Assembly: GCA_964583685.1 (NCBI GenBank)
Contig: CAZOVJ010000001.1
Coordinates: 393,152-457,151 of the forward strand
Direction of reading: 5' to 3'
Length of the DNA: 64,000 nucleotides
Source of the DNA: an uncultured Gammaproteobacteria bacterium
Lineage (GTDB): Bacteria; Patescibacteriota; Microgenomatia; UBA8517
The stretch's first letter is position 1; every line of letters begins with the position of its first letter. The position numbers were made by a program, and so were the translations under genes. Of the stretch, positions 38,855 to 48,398 are shown piece by piece. The notes beneath the pieces were generated by a model that saw nothing but the letters and a program-made list of their open reading frames with translations, was not told the DNA's origin and made no database searches.

Positions 38855-40563
38855 TAATAAAAAAATTTTTAAACCATCCTCTCTCTATTGCCTTTTTTTT
38901 GCTTATACTATCAATTCCCGCCAGTCTGCCTCTCCTTTCTGCCGGTTTTTATGAGCCGCATGACCTTCATCATTTTGCCGATATCTATCAAATGATACGG
39001 GCTTTTCAGTCTGGACAACTTCCTCCTAGGTTGGGGCCAGATTTTAGTTTCGGCTATGGCTACCCCTTGTTTAACTTTTATTACTTAATGCCTTTTTATT
39101 TAGGATCCTTTTTCTTCTTTTTGTTCGGTAGTATCACTGCCAGTTTTAAACTAGTCTTTTTGGTTTGCATAATTTCCTCAGTCTTGGGAATGTATCTGTT
39201 TTTGCGAGAATTTACAGGAAAATGGGGAGCAACAGTAGGCTCAATTCTATTTCTTTACACCCCTTACCGGGCAGTGCAAATTTACGTAAGGGGGGCAATG
39301 GGTGAAGCATTGGCTTTATCTTTACTCCCCCTTGTTCTATGGGGAATTACAAGAATTATTAGAAATCCTAACAATAAAAATTTAATGGCTGGTGTCTCGC
39401 TAATCACCGCCACTTTTATTCTTTCTCACAACTATCTCTGGGCGCTTTCGTTTCCTTGGATTCTACTGCTGATAATTTTCCTTATGGCTAAAAGAGGAGG
39501 AAAACGCCCTGGGAAAAGCCTCATGTTTACTGGTCTTTTATCTATCGGTCTTACTGCATATTGGTGGCTGCCTGCTTTGCTAGAAAATAAACTGGTTGCC
39601 TCAAAAACGCCATTTCCACTTATAGACCACTTCCCCTTTATCAAACAACTAATTATTCCCTCCTGGGGTTATGGCAGTTCGGTTTGGGGGCCAGGAGACG
39701 AAATTTCTTTTCAAATCGGTTTAATAAATTTGTTTGTCTTAGCGTTTTTTGCCTTGCTTCTTATTTTCAAACAAAAGCTTTTTAGAAAAAAAGGGTTCTA
39801 CTTTCCCTTGTGGGCATTGATTGGTTTTTTGGCAAGTGTCCTGATGATGAATTCCCGAACTTATTTTATTTGGAAAATTATTCCCTTTCATAATTTCATT
39901 CAGTTTCCCTGGCGCCTCTTGGTTTTTACCACTTTATTCTCAAGTGTTTTAGCCGCCATCATTGTTGATCTAGTCAGTAAAAAAGGGCAAAAATTTGCTG
40001 GAATTTTAGTTATTGGCACCAGTATGGCCTTAACTTTTAATTACTTCCAACCAAGCAAAATCTTTTATAAAACTGACAATAACTATCTTGCCCGCCTTTT
40101 TAGCGATAGAACTTTGGAGGGAAAAAAAGAAACAATCTCTGATGAATATTTAAATTATAGCGAAGATTATCTGCTTTTATCCAAATGGACAGACAAGCGG
40201 CCGAGCAACTTGCCTGAATCTAAAATTCAAGCTTCAGCTAATGCCGAAATAAAGCTTATTAAGGAAATAAATCCTACTCACTGGCAAGCTAAAGTAGAGG
40301 CAAAACAAGCAACAAAAATTATATTTCACTCTTATTACTTTCCCGGATGGTTTGCCAAGCTTGATGGAAAAAATACTGAAATTTCAGCAGCTAAACCTTA
40401 TGGTCAGATAGAACTTCAACTTTCAAAAGGCGAACACGAAGTAGAGTTTTTCTGGAAAGAAACACCTCTCCGTAAAGTGAGTGATCTTATTAGTTTACTT
40501 TCACTTATTCTAGTTATTATAGTTTTAGTTCCGAAGAAGCTCACCTTTCACAATCTCAAATAA
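38851..40563 (+). CDS. GT-C membrane protein, PF10131/YfhO-like (subfamily C)
   Basis: PHDLHH, FGYGYPLFNFY, RGAMGE, QFPWRLL, YFPGW. Confidence 0.8.
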   Translation: MIIKKFLNHPLSIAFFLLILSIPASLPLLSAGFYEPHDLHHFADIYQMIRAFQSGQLPPRLGPDFSFGYGYPLFNFYYLMPFYLGSFFFFLFGSITASFKLVFLVCIISSVLGMYLFLREFTGKWGATVGSILFLYTPYRAVQIYVRGAMGEALALSLLPLVLWGITRIIRNPNNKNLMAGVSLITATFILSHNYLWALSFPWILLLIIFLMAKRGGKRPGKSLMFTGLLSIGLTAYWWLPALLENKLVASKTPFPLIDHFPFIKQLIIPSWGYGSSVWGPGDEISFQIGLINLFVLAFFALLLIFKQKLFRKKGFYFPLWALIGFLASVLMMNSRTYFIWKIIPFHNFIQFPWRLLVFTTLFSSVLAAIIVDLVSKKGQKFAGILVIGTSMALTFNYFQPSKIFYKTDNNYLARLFSDRTLEGKKETISDEYLNYSEDYLLLSKWTDKRPSNLPESKIQASANAEIKLIKEINPTHWQAKVEAKQATKIIFHSYYFPGWFAKLDGKNTEISAAKPYGQIELQLSKGEHEVEFFWKETPLRKVSDLISLLSLILVIIVLVPKKLTFHNLK

Positions 40564-42111
40564 GTAAAGCGTGTCGCGGGGACCATGAACCACATATTCT
40601 TTAAAGCCATCCGGTCTCAGGGCCTTGGGATATGCGGCAACAACCCTTAGACCTAGCTCTTCAAAATCCTGCTCGAACTTCAACCTGGAAGAATTGGCAA
40701 GCAAATAAGTTTTATTACCCGCTTTCTTAGATTCCTTGAGACTTGTAGGAAGTTCACCAATATCAATTCCCACTCCAATAACCAAAACATTAGGGACCTT
40801 GGCCAAATACATCTGCAAACCATCAGGCAAAGTGCCAAAATAGCCCTCTGTACCAACAATAATCTGGGTCTCAGGCTCTTGAGCATGGATTGTCTTAATC
40901 AGCTCTGCCGCCTCCCTTATGCCTGTTCCAGCCGTCCATTCTTCCAAATAGCCTGAGCGTTCACCTCTGGGCAGAGGTGCTTTTTCCGGATTTGTTAGTA
41001 AGAGACAATCAATACTCAAAGCATGGAGAATAAAAATGACCAGGCCTAAAAATAAAAGTTTTTGGAAAAATTCTTGCTTGACTAAAAATATTGACCCAGC
41101 CAATAACCAGAGAAAGGGAATTGAAAAAAGAATATAGCGAGCAGTAATAACCTTGGCAAACTCGGCCTGAACAAGTAAAGGGAAAAAAGACCAAGCCAAA
41201 AGCAAAACTATCTCTTTACCATATCTCCTTATATTCAAAAGGCTTCCCAGAACAAGAAAAACAACAACTACGCTCGGACCCAAAATCCAGAGCCACTGCC
41301 AGGCTCGGTGAAAATAGAAAATAAAGGGATCTTTGGGGTTTAACCAAAGATGGCTTAAGGGAAACACGTAATCTTCATTACGAGAGCCAATAAGATGAAA
41401 GTTGGGGCCGAGTCGCAGAATATTGTACATGGCAAAACTGATAATGTAGATGCTAGAGAAAAGAAAAATAAGTTTACCCAGATGAGTCAGTCTTTCTTTT
41501 TTTGTTTTGGGCCAATTACTCAGAATAACAGTTGTTGGCAAAAGAATAACAAAAAATAAAGCCGGTGATTTTGTTAGCAAGGCTCCTCCTAAAGCAAATC
41601 CAGTAAACATGGCCATATCCAAACGCATTGTTCTGACCGTAATAACAGCCAAAAAAAGGCTCCAAAGACCAAACATCGCCAACAGGGAATCGACCAAGGC
41701 CATCCTATCGAAAAATAAGCTAAAAGGAGAAACTGCCCATATTAATGAAGTAATTAAAGCCACTTTTTTGGATTTAAAAAGATAGAGAGCAAAGCTAAAA
41801 AGACCAATTATTGTTACCATGCCGGAAACAACTGAAATGAAGCGACCAATAAATAAGGGGTCACTAAATCTGTTAACTAAAAACATTAAAATCCACATAA
41901 AAAGAGGTTGTTTACCATCTGAGAGAGGTAAGAAGCGGAGGGTTGGCTCAGCCACCATAATTTGAGACCAGCGGATATAAATGGCCTCATCTGTAAAAAC
42001 AGGTAAAATCGTCAAATTATAAATTCGCAAAAAAAGGCCAATAGCAACAATCAGAAAGCCCAAAAGAATTGTTAGCTTCCAGTCTTTAAAGTAGTCTAAA
42101 AATTTAGACAT
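40525..42111 (-). CDS. GT-C ArnT/PMT-like glycosyltransferase
   Basis: VFTDEAIYIRW, DGKQPLF, SPFSLFFDRMALVD, LLTK. Confidence 0.85.
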   Translation of the reverse strand: MSKFLDYFKDWKLTILLGFLIVAIGLFLRIYNLTILPVFTDEAIYIRWSQIMVAEPTLRFLPLSDGKQPLFMWILMFLVNRFSDPLFIGRFISVVSGMVTIIGLFSFALYLFKSKKVALITSLIWAVSPFSLFFDRMALVDSLLAMFGLWSLFLAVITVRTMRLDMAMFTGFALGGALLTKSPALFFVILLPTTVILSNWPKTKKERLTHLGKLIFLFSSIYIISFAMYNILRLGPNFHLIGSRNEDYVFPLSHLWLNPKDPFIFYFHRAWQWLWILGPSVVVVFLVLGSLLNIRRYGKEIVLLLAWSFFPLLVQAEFAKVITARYILFSIPFLWLLAGSIFLVKQEFFQKLLFLGLVIFILHALSIDCLLLTNPEKAPLPRGERSGYLEEWTAGTGIREAAELIKTIHAQEPETQIIVGTEGYFGTLPDGLQMYLAKVPNVLVIGVGIDIGELPTSLKESKKAGNKTYLLANSSRLKFEQDFEELGLRVVAAYPKALRPDGFKEYVVHGPRDTLYLFEIVKGELLRN

Positions 42112-42856
42112 TATATCTACCTAAAAAAGCACTTATTCTCACCCGGGTTAAATCTTTCAAGGCCTGCCACGAGTCTTTGATGGGATTTACCCTCAAGGTA
42201 CCTTTATGATGCCAGATAACAGGCACTTCAACAACCTTTAAGCCAAGTTTTTTGGCAATATAAAGGAGCTCCAAGTCAAATCCAGCGGTCACGGCTGAGC
42301 CTTCCAGGGCCCGCTTTTCCGTAAAAACCTGCATCCTTTCAAAAACCTGCTTAACGGTCTTTTTGTTAAAGGCCTTAAAGCCACATTGAGTATCACTGTA
42401 GCCCAGTCCAAGAATTAATATTCTGAGGATTTTAAAACCATAAGCCATGGCCTTACGAATAAAAGGGGCTCCCTCTCGTCCTTGTCTTGAGCCAATAACA
42501 ATATCGTACTTTCCCCTCTCAAATTGAGGCAAAACCTTGGCTAATTGATTAATAGGTGTTGCCTGATCCATATCAGTAAAAAGAATTATCTGGCCAGAAG
42601 CAACCAGCATCCCGGCAATCACTGCCCCGGCCTTTCCCCGGTGAGGCTCTTGATAAACCTTGAAGTTTTTATGCTCACGGCTAAATTTCTCGGCCAGAAA
42701 GGTTGTCTTGTCAATTGACCCATCATCAACTATTAAAACTTCCCAAGAGTACTTTTGCTTTTTTAAATAGTGATAGACACTCTCTAGAGCACCTGATTTT
42801 ATATTTTCCTCTTCATTATAGGCCGGGATAACCAGCGAAAGGTATATTTTTTCCAT
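42104..42856 (-). CDS. Polyprenol-phosphate sugar synthase (GT2, Dol-P-Glc synthase-like)
   Basis: VIPAYNEE, VDDGSID, HRGKAGA, FTDMDQ, DTQCGFKAF, GFDLE. Confidence 0.85.
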   Translation of the reverse strand: MEKIYLSLVIPAYNEEENIKSGALESVYHYLKKQKYSWEVLIVDDGSIDKTTFLAEKFSREHKNFKVYQEPHRGKAGAVIAGMLVASGQIILFTDMDQATPINQLAKVLPQFERGKYDIVIGSRQGREGAPFIRKAMAYGFKILRILILGLGYSDTQCGFKAFNKKTVKQVFERMQVFTEKRALEGSAVTAGFDLELLYIAKKLGLKVVEVPVIWHHKGTLRVNPIKDSWQALKDLTRVRISAFLGRYNV

Positions 42857-44343
42857 TATTTAGTAAAGCCAAACATGGGATCTGTCAGATTAGAATTTTG
42901 GCCGCTACAACTTATAAGTACCTCCTCCTTCGTATACAAAGGATAATCAGGATAGATAATTCCTATTGCCCCGAAAGTTTTATGAACTTCTATGTCTTTT
43001 CTCAACGGAAAAACAATTGTATAGACAGGGCTTCCACTTTTCGGATGATTAACATGGATGTCTTCCAACCAGAAAAAATATCTATAACCCAACTCATAGC
43101 CCGGCTTTGTTATATAAGAAACAGCCACACAGGGAAAATCTTTTTCTTGAGCATCTTTTTTAATTTCGGCAACAACCGCCCTTCTCTCAATATACCCACT
43201 TTTATTTATATCCATTGAAAAAAATCTATAAATATTAATAGCTAAAAATAGAACTATTAAAGAAATTGATAGTTTTTTAAATCTTTCTTGATTGAATAAA
43301 GATGAAATAGCCACACTCACAATTCCAATCCAGACAACGGTCATCCCGTTGAAATAATATTCGGAAAGAATAATTGCGTTAAGAGAGAAAAACACGATGT
43401 ATATTGCCAGCCAGATAGACCAAAGTATAATCAGCTCTTTCCTAATCAGCTTTTTGATGGCAATAAAAAATAATAGTCCAATCAGAATGTAGAGTGCCCA
43501 TTTATGCTCGATATTAATAAACGAACCCCACAGAAGACCTGTCGTATTTTTGGAAATTAAAGTAATTGCTCTATGAAACTTAATTAGGATTCCAGAAAAA
43601 TCACCTTTGCCTATTGTCAAAGAGCCTAGCACGGCCTTTGTTTGACTAAAACCATGACGCAATTCAAAAAGGATTAAAGGCAAGGATGTTAGTATTAGTG
43701 ATATTACTCCAAAAATGGCAGCATTAATATTTAGTCTTTTTCTTCCTAAGAAAAACGCAATCAAAGCCAGGGGGGCTATAATTGCCAGAGCTAAGTTAAA
43801 ATTCCAAACTAGGCCCAGTAAAATCCCGCTCAATATAAAACCCCTTTTTTGTTCACCTCTGAGTATTAAGTGTAGGGAATAAAGAAACCAAACCGTCCAA
43901 ATTATGGCTGGCGTAGTTGGCACAACCTCCCTATCAGTTAAAACAGTATAAAAAGAAGTCGCATATATTAGAGAAGCAATTAGCCCTGTTGATTTATTGA
44001 AAATTTTCAAAAACACATAATAGCAACTCCAGATACCAAAGGCCCCCAAAAAGGTAACCATTACAACTCCTCCTATTGGATCCATGTCAAAAAGTAAATA
44101 AAATGGAATAAGAAGATAATAAAAAACAGGCCCTACAAAAACTCCGTGACTTGAAGTCTCTTGACCGATTAATCGCAAATGTTTGTTAACCAAAATATCT
44201 TTTATTATCCATCCTGCCAAATCCTGATCATGGGAATAGATAAAAAGTTGAAGAGGTTTGTAGCTTTTTAAAAATAGTCCCAATCCCAAAATTACTAGGA
44301 ATGGATAGTTCTTAATAATAAATTTTTTAATTTTGAGTTTCAA
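42856..44343 (-). CDS. GT-C ArnT-like glycosyltransferase (subfamily B)
   Basis: YSHDQD, LIGQETS..GVFVGPVFYYLL, PLILFELRHGF. Confidence 0.8.
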   Translation of the reverse strand: MKLKIKKFIIKNYPFLVILGLGLFLKSYKPLQLFIYSHDQDLAGWIIKDILVNKHLRLIGQETSSHGVFVGPVFYYLLIPFYLLFDMDPIGGVVMVTFLGAFGIWSCYYVFLKIFNKSTGLIASLIYATSFYTVLTDREVVPTTPAIIWTVWFLYSLHLILRGEQKRGFILSGILLGLVWNFNLALAIIAPLALIAFFLGRKRLNINAAIFGVISLILTSLPLILFELRHGFSQTKAVLGSLTIGKGDFSGILIKFHRAITLISKNTTGLLWGSFINIEHKWALYILIGLLFFIAIKKLIRKELIILWSIWLAIYIVFFSLNAIILSEYYFNGMTVVWIGIVSVAISSLFNQERFKKLSISLIVLFLAINIYRFFSMDINKSGYIERRAVVAEIKKDAQEKDFPCVAVSYITKPGYELGYRYFFWLEDIHVNHPKSGSPVYTIVFPLRKDIEVHKTFGAIGIIYPDYPLYTKEEVLISCSGQNSNLTDPMFGFTK

Positions 44344-45826
44344 TTCGTTTTCTCCTTTGAACAGTTATTCCACCAAACCTGGCCTCTTCTTCCACCACTC
44401 CTATCCCCTTTTGTCTCTCAAGCCAGGCTTCGAGCCGCTCCGGGTGAGGCGGGTCTACTTCGTATAAAGTATAAAGCAAGGAAACCTGCTCCTCCATTGG
44501 TTGATAACCATACTTGCTTCCATACCATTTAAAAAGATAGTCATAGCTATAGGGAATAACCGGCGGGACATAGACATCGACATTGAACTTCCTACTGCCA
44601 ACATCTGTATAAATCCAATCAAGGGCCTGCTTCTCATTGCCAAAGGCCACTGTTTGCGGGCCGTCAAGTCCATCGGAAATCTTATAACGGACAACCTCAA
44701 AATTTGTTGACAAAAATACATATAAAAAGAAAATAATAAATATCTTACCCGGGCCCAGTTTCCAAAGTTGTCCCAAAACAACGGCAAAAAGCAAGATGAA
44801 AATCAGATAATACCCGGTTAAATAATAACCATAGATGTTGCCAAAATTTCCCTGGAAAAAAAGAAGGCCTAAAAGAGGAGAAAGGAAAAGAAGTAGTAAA
44901 ATTTTTATACCATCCCTTTTGAGCAATTTGGGTAAAAAGGCAATAAAAGAAAATCCTATCACCCCGAGAATAAAAACCTCTCTTGCCCGCCGCCAGTGAA
45001 AAATCTTATTAGTAAAAACATCATAATAAAAATTTAATCTAGTGCCAACAACCTGCCAAAGAGAAACCTTAAAGCTTTCATCTTTGATTAAAAATTTTTC
45101 CAGACTATTGCGTATTAAACCAGCGTGTCTGATATCAAAAACAACTAACGGAAAAGCAGTAAAGAGCAGGGCGATGACACTGAGCAACAAGAATTTTTTG
45201 TCGGGCAAATTTTTGCGCCTTATCTGCCAGATGGCAAAGAGAAAAATGGCGGGAAAATAAAAAACCTCACCAGCTGAGCCAAAATGAAAAAGAGAAAGCC
45301 CGGCAATTAAGGCAATCAACGGCCAAGCCCATTTTTTTCCCTTTGTAACCAGGAGCATCATCCAAACGAGCAAAAGACTTAATAGAAGCATGGGTGTAGG
45401 ATTGGAAAGCCAGCGTGAAGCCATAATAATATAAAAAGAAAAAGAGGCAATCACAGCCGCCAAAAGTCCAGTCATTCTATCCTGAACCTTAAAGCCAAGA
45501 TAATAAAGAATGATAATGGCTAGAACACTAGTCAATGCCAAAAAAACGGCCGGCCAAACAGGGTTTCCGCCTCCAAGTAAATAAAATGGGGCAATCAAAT
45601 AATAATAAAAAGGGCCTCTAAAAATACCAGCTATTCCGGTTGTCGGCCCAATCAAAAAAAGCTTCCCTTTGTGCCACAAATCCCAAATGACCAAGGCATC
45701 CCTTCCCTGGTCATAATAAAATCCTAAAACCTGCCCCACTCGATAAACACGGACAAATAGAGCCAGGCCAAGGATAAGGAAGAGAAGAAAATAAATAAGG
45801 GGATGGTAGTTTTTGAGCTTTTTCAT
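44327..45826 (-). CDS. GT-C ArnT-like glycosyltransferase (subfamily B)
   Basis: FYYDQGRD, LIGPTTG..GPFYYYLIAP, SRWLSNPT, PLVVFDIRH. Confidence 0.82.
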   Translation of the reverse strand: MKKLKNYHPLIYFLLFLILGLALFVRVYRVGQVLGFYYDQGRDALVIWDLWHKGKLFLIGPTTGIAGIFRGPFYYYLIAPFYLLGGGNPVWPAVFLALTSVLAIIILYYLGFKVQDRMTGLLAAVIASFSFYIIMASRWLSNPTPMLLLSLLLVWMMLLVTKGKKWAWPLIALIAGLSLFHFGSAGEVFYFPAIFLFAIWQIRRKNLPDKKFLLLSVIALLFTAFPLVVFDIRHAGLIRNSLEKFLIKDESFKVSLWQVVGTRLNFYYDVFTNKIFHWRRAREVFILGVIGFSFIAFLPKLLKRDGIKILLLLFLSPLLGLLFFQGNFGNIYGYYLTGYYLIFILLFAVVLGQLWKLGPGKIFIIFFLYVFLSTNFEVVRYKISDGLDGPQTVAFGNEKQALDWIYTDVGSRKFNVDVYVPPVIPYSYDYLFKWYGSKYGYQPMEEQVSLLYTLYEVDPPHPERLEAWLERQKGIGVVEEEARFGGITVQRRKRIETQN

Positions 45827-46812
45827 TTTTTCTTGGCAAATTTTTTGGCTGTCTGAAGTACCTTCTCTACTGCTTTAGTAAAGGCAAGTCCCTGGATTAT
45901 TACTCCGGCTGCTGCCTTATGCCCACCCCCACCCAAGACAAGGGCTATTTTAGAAACATCAAAATCAGTCCGCGCTCTGAAACTTACTGAAAGCTTGCCT
46001 TCTTGCTTTTCCAGCATAATTATCCCAAAATCAACCCCCTTTACAACCCCGGCAAACATACTGGCTGCACCCTCATGTGCCTGTAAAGGCCTACCATACT
46101 CTAAAAATTTATTATAAGGAAGGGCTGACCAAACAAATTTAAACTTTTTTTCAAACTTCATCCCAGTAAGAAATTCGCCCCACATCTTTAAGGTATTAAA
46201 TCCCATACTGCGATAAAGGTGGAAAATAATTTTTTCTTTATCAGCTCCCCCTTTAAGAAGCTTTATGGCTGCTTCCAGGGTTTTCAAACTAGTATTGGAA
46301 AATCGGAAAACTCCTGTGTCTCCAATTATGCCAGTAAGAAGAGCTGTGGCAATATTTCTATCAATTTCAACTTTCCAATCTTTAAAAATTAAGTAAAGAA
46401 GCTCTCCAACCGAGCTAACCTTAGCATCAACTAAATTTATGTTTCCAAATTTCTCGTTTGTTTTATGATGGTCTATTACTATAAGGGGGAGGCTGGGTAC
46501 TTTTATGTCTTTATCTCCAGAAACCATGTACCAACTGGCAGAATCAAGAACAATAAAAAGATCAAATCTCAAAAAGTTATAAGTCGAAAAATCTACAACT
46601 TGAATTTTCTCAGAATAGGCTAAAAACTTAACACTTTCTGGTAGTTCATTTGGGCAGATTACTTCTACTTTTTTCCCCATTTTTTTGAGGACCTGGTACA
46701 TAGCCAGTGCGCTGCCAAAAGCATCGGGATCAGGACTACGATGGCAATTAAGCAGAATTCTCTTGGACTGCTTAATCTCTTTTAAAATTATTTTCGACTG
46801 CTGATAATTCAT
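45823..46812 (-). CDS. nrnA: DHH/DHHA1 phosphoesterase (NrnA-like oligoribonuclease/pAp phosphatase)
   Basis: HRSPDPDAFGS, IDHH, GIIGDTG, SFRAR, GGGGH; ATG 46812 overlaps the upstream TGA. Confidence 0.85.
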   Translation of the reverse strand: MNYQQSKIILKEIKQSKRILLNCHRSPDPDAFGSALAMYQVLKKMGKKVEVICPNELPESVKFLAYSEKIQVVDFSTYNFLRFDLFIVLDSASWYMVSGDKDIKVPSLPLIVIDHHKTNEKFGNINLVDAKVSSVGELLYLIFKDWKVEIDRNIATALLTGIIGDTGVFRFSNTSLKTLEAAIKLLKGGADKEKIIFHLYRSMGFNTLKMWGEFLTGMKFEKKFKFVWSALPYNKFLEYGRPLQAHEGAASMFAGVVKGVDFGIIMLEKQEGKLSVSFRARTDFDVSKIALVLGGGGHKAAAGVIIQGLAFTKAVEKVLQTAKKFAKKK

Positions 46813-48398
46813 TGCGTGTGGACTAGTTGATATAAGGTTATTCCTCCAACTTGCCACTCTTTTTCAATTTTGCTCCAGCCAAAATTGGCAACCTCTGCTT
46901 TCGGGTTGTGAGTAGGATCACACTTCTCTTTTGGCAGTTCGCAAACAACAAAAAGCTGATTGGTTATTGTTTCATCTACCCTTAATGGATCAATATCTAT
47001 TACACCAGTATCCCATTTTTCCAAAAAATACTGATATGCATCCTCGTAGTTTCTTTCAGCAATAACAGCCAAGTTGAACTTCTGACCTTCTGCTTCTTCT
47101 TGAATTTTGGCGGCAACCTCTTGAGATCTTTGCAACTGCCTGTTTGGCGGACCATTAATCGGGCTGTTCCTTAAATTAACGATAATCAAGAAACCAAAGG
47201 CGATAAGCGATAAGAAATAAGCCCTTGGAGAAAAGTCTTTTAATTTCTGGATGATTGCCCCAACTAGAAGAAATGGGGTAGCAAAGAAAAAGCCGTAATA
47301 ATGGTCATAAATTTCCTGCTTAAAAACCCCTAATCCCAAAAGGGCGAAGCCTAGCCAAATAAGAAGCAGGAAATAGGTCTTAAACTTTTTAGCTTCAAAC
47401 CTTGAACGACAAAATTCAAAACCCAACCAGATTACTCCCGCTACCAATCCCAAAGCCGTCCATTTTCCCATAAGCTCATTTTTCCCTGCCAACAATCTGG
47501 TACTAATTTTCTCAATCAAAGGCCAAACTTTAGGTAGGGCTTTCCAGGGCCGGGCAGACACCGTTGTCTGTCTTTGTAAGAAAAATTTTTTCATGGAAGA
47601 AAAGTTCCGCCACCCATGCCGAGCATCAAAAATCACCAATGGAGACATAAGTAAAGTAAAAAGAGCTAGACAAAAAACCGAATACTTTAAAAAACTTTTT
47701 GTTTTTTCTTTATCTTTTTTTATTTCTATTAAGGTTAACAACCAGAAAATTGAAATAACCGGAGCTAAAAGTAAGCCTAAATAATGAGATTGTAAAACAA
47801 AGGCAAAAGATATCGCACTTAGCAAAAACCACTTCCATTCGTGTTTTTGCCAAATACGCCAGGTTGCATAAATCGTCAAAAGGCTAAAAAAGGGCATAAT
47901 GTTCGGATTCCATGAAGAGCGAGAGTAAACAATGACCACCGGCGAAACTGCATAAAGGCCAGCAGCAACCATACTGGCTAAAGGAATTTGTCCGGGGCTT
48001 GTTGAAGGAAACCACTCTCGAGCAATCAACCAAACAAGAGCAATTGTCAAAACAGCCAAAAGGGCAATCAGGACAGCCGGTCCAACAGGAGAATATCCTG
48101 CCAGGAAAAGAGCAGGGGCCATTAGGTAATAATATAAGGGGCCCAAATACATGTCGCCAATTGATGTTCCCGGACCAATCAAGATTGGATCTAGCTTAAC
48201 CAAAAGTCTTCTGACAACAATTACATCTCTACCTTCATCACCCAAAAAAGTCATGTATTCGGAAATTCTATAAAGTCTTAAAAAGCCACCAACTAATAAA
48301 ATTAAAGCCAGGACCATAAACTCCCTTTTATTGGCTTGAATCCAGGCTTTAATTTTGATGAACAGTGAACAGTTAACGGTGAACAGTCGTCTTCTCAT
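46809..48398 (-). CDS. GT-C ArnT-like glycosyltransferase (subfamily B)
   Basis: FLGDEGRD, LIGPGTS..LGPLYYYLMAP, SRSSWNPN, PLVIFDARHG; TAATG overlap. Confidence 0.85.
   Translation of the reverse strand: MRRRLFTVNCSLFIKIKAWIQANKREFMVLALILLVGGFLRLYRISEYMTFLGDEGRDVIVVRRLLVKLDPILIGPGTSIGDMYLGPLYYYLMAPALFLAGYSPVGPAVLIALLAVLTIALVWLIAREWFPSTSPGQIPLASMVAAGLYAVSPVVIVYSRSSWNPNIMPFFSLLTIYATWRIWQKHEWKWFLLSAISFAFVLQSHYLGLLLAPVISIFWLLTLIEIKKDKEKTKSFLKYSVFCLALFTLLMSPLVIFDARHGWRNFSSMKKFFLQRQTTVSARPWKALPKVWPLIEKISTRLLAGKNELMGKWTALGLVAGVIWLGFEFCRSRFEAKKFKTYFLLLIWLGFALLGLGVFKQEIYDHYYGFFFATPFLLVGAIIQKLKDFSPRAYFLSLIAFGFLIIVNLRNSPINGPPNRQLQRSQEVAAKIQEEAEGQKFNLAVIAERNYEDAYQYFLEKWDTGVIDIDPLRVDETITNQLFVVCELPKEKCDPTHNPKAEVANFGWSKIEKEWQVGGITLYQLVHTQ
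47200..47220. repeat. Intragenic heptamer array (GCGATAA x2 + GAAATAA)
   Basis: 21 bp; encodes YFLSLIA; related to the 1574 array. Confidence 0.5.
48357..48387. repeat. Intragenic heptamer array (RGTGAAC family)
   Basis: gatgaac agtgaac agttaac ggtgaac agt; encodes LFTVNCSLF. Confidence 0.8.
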
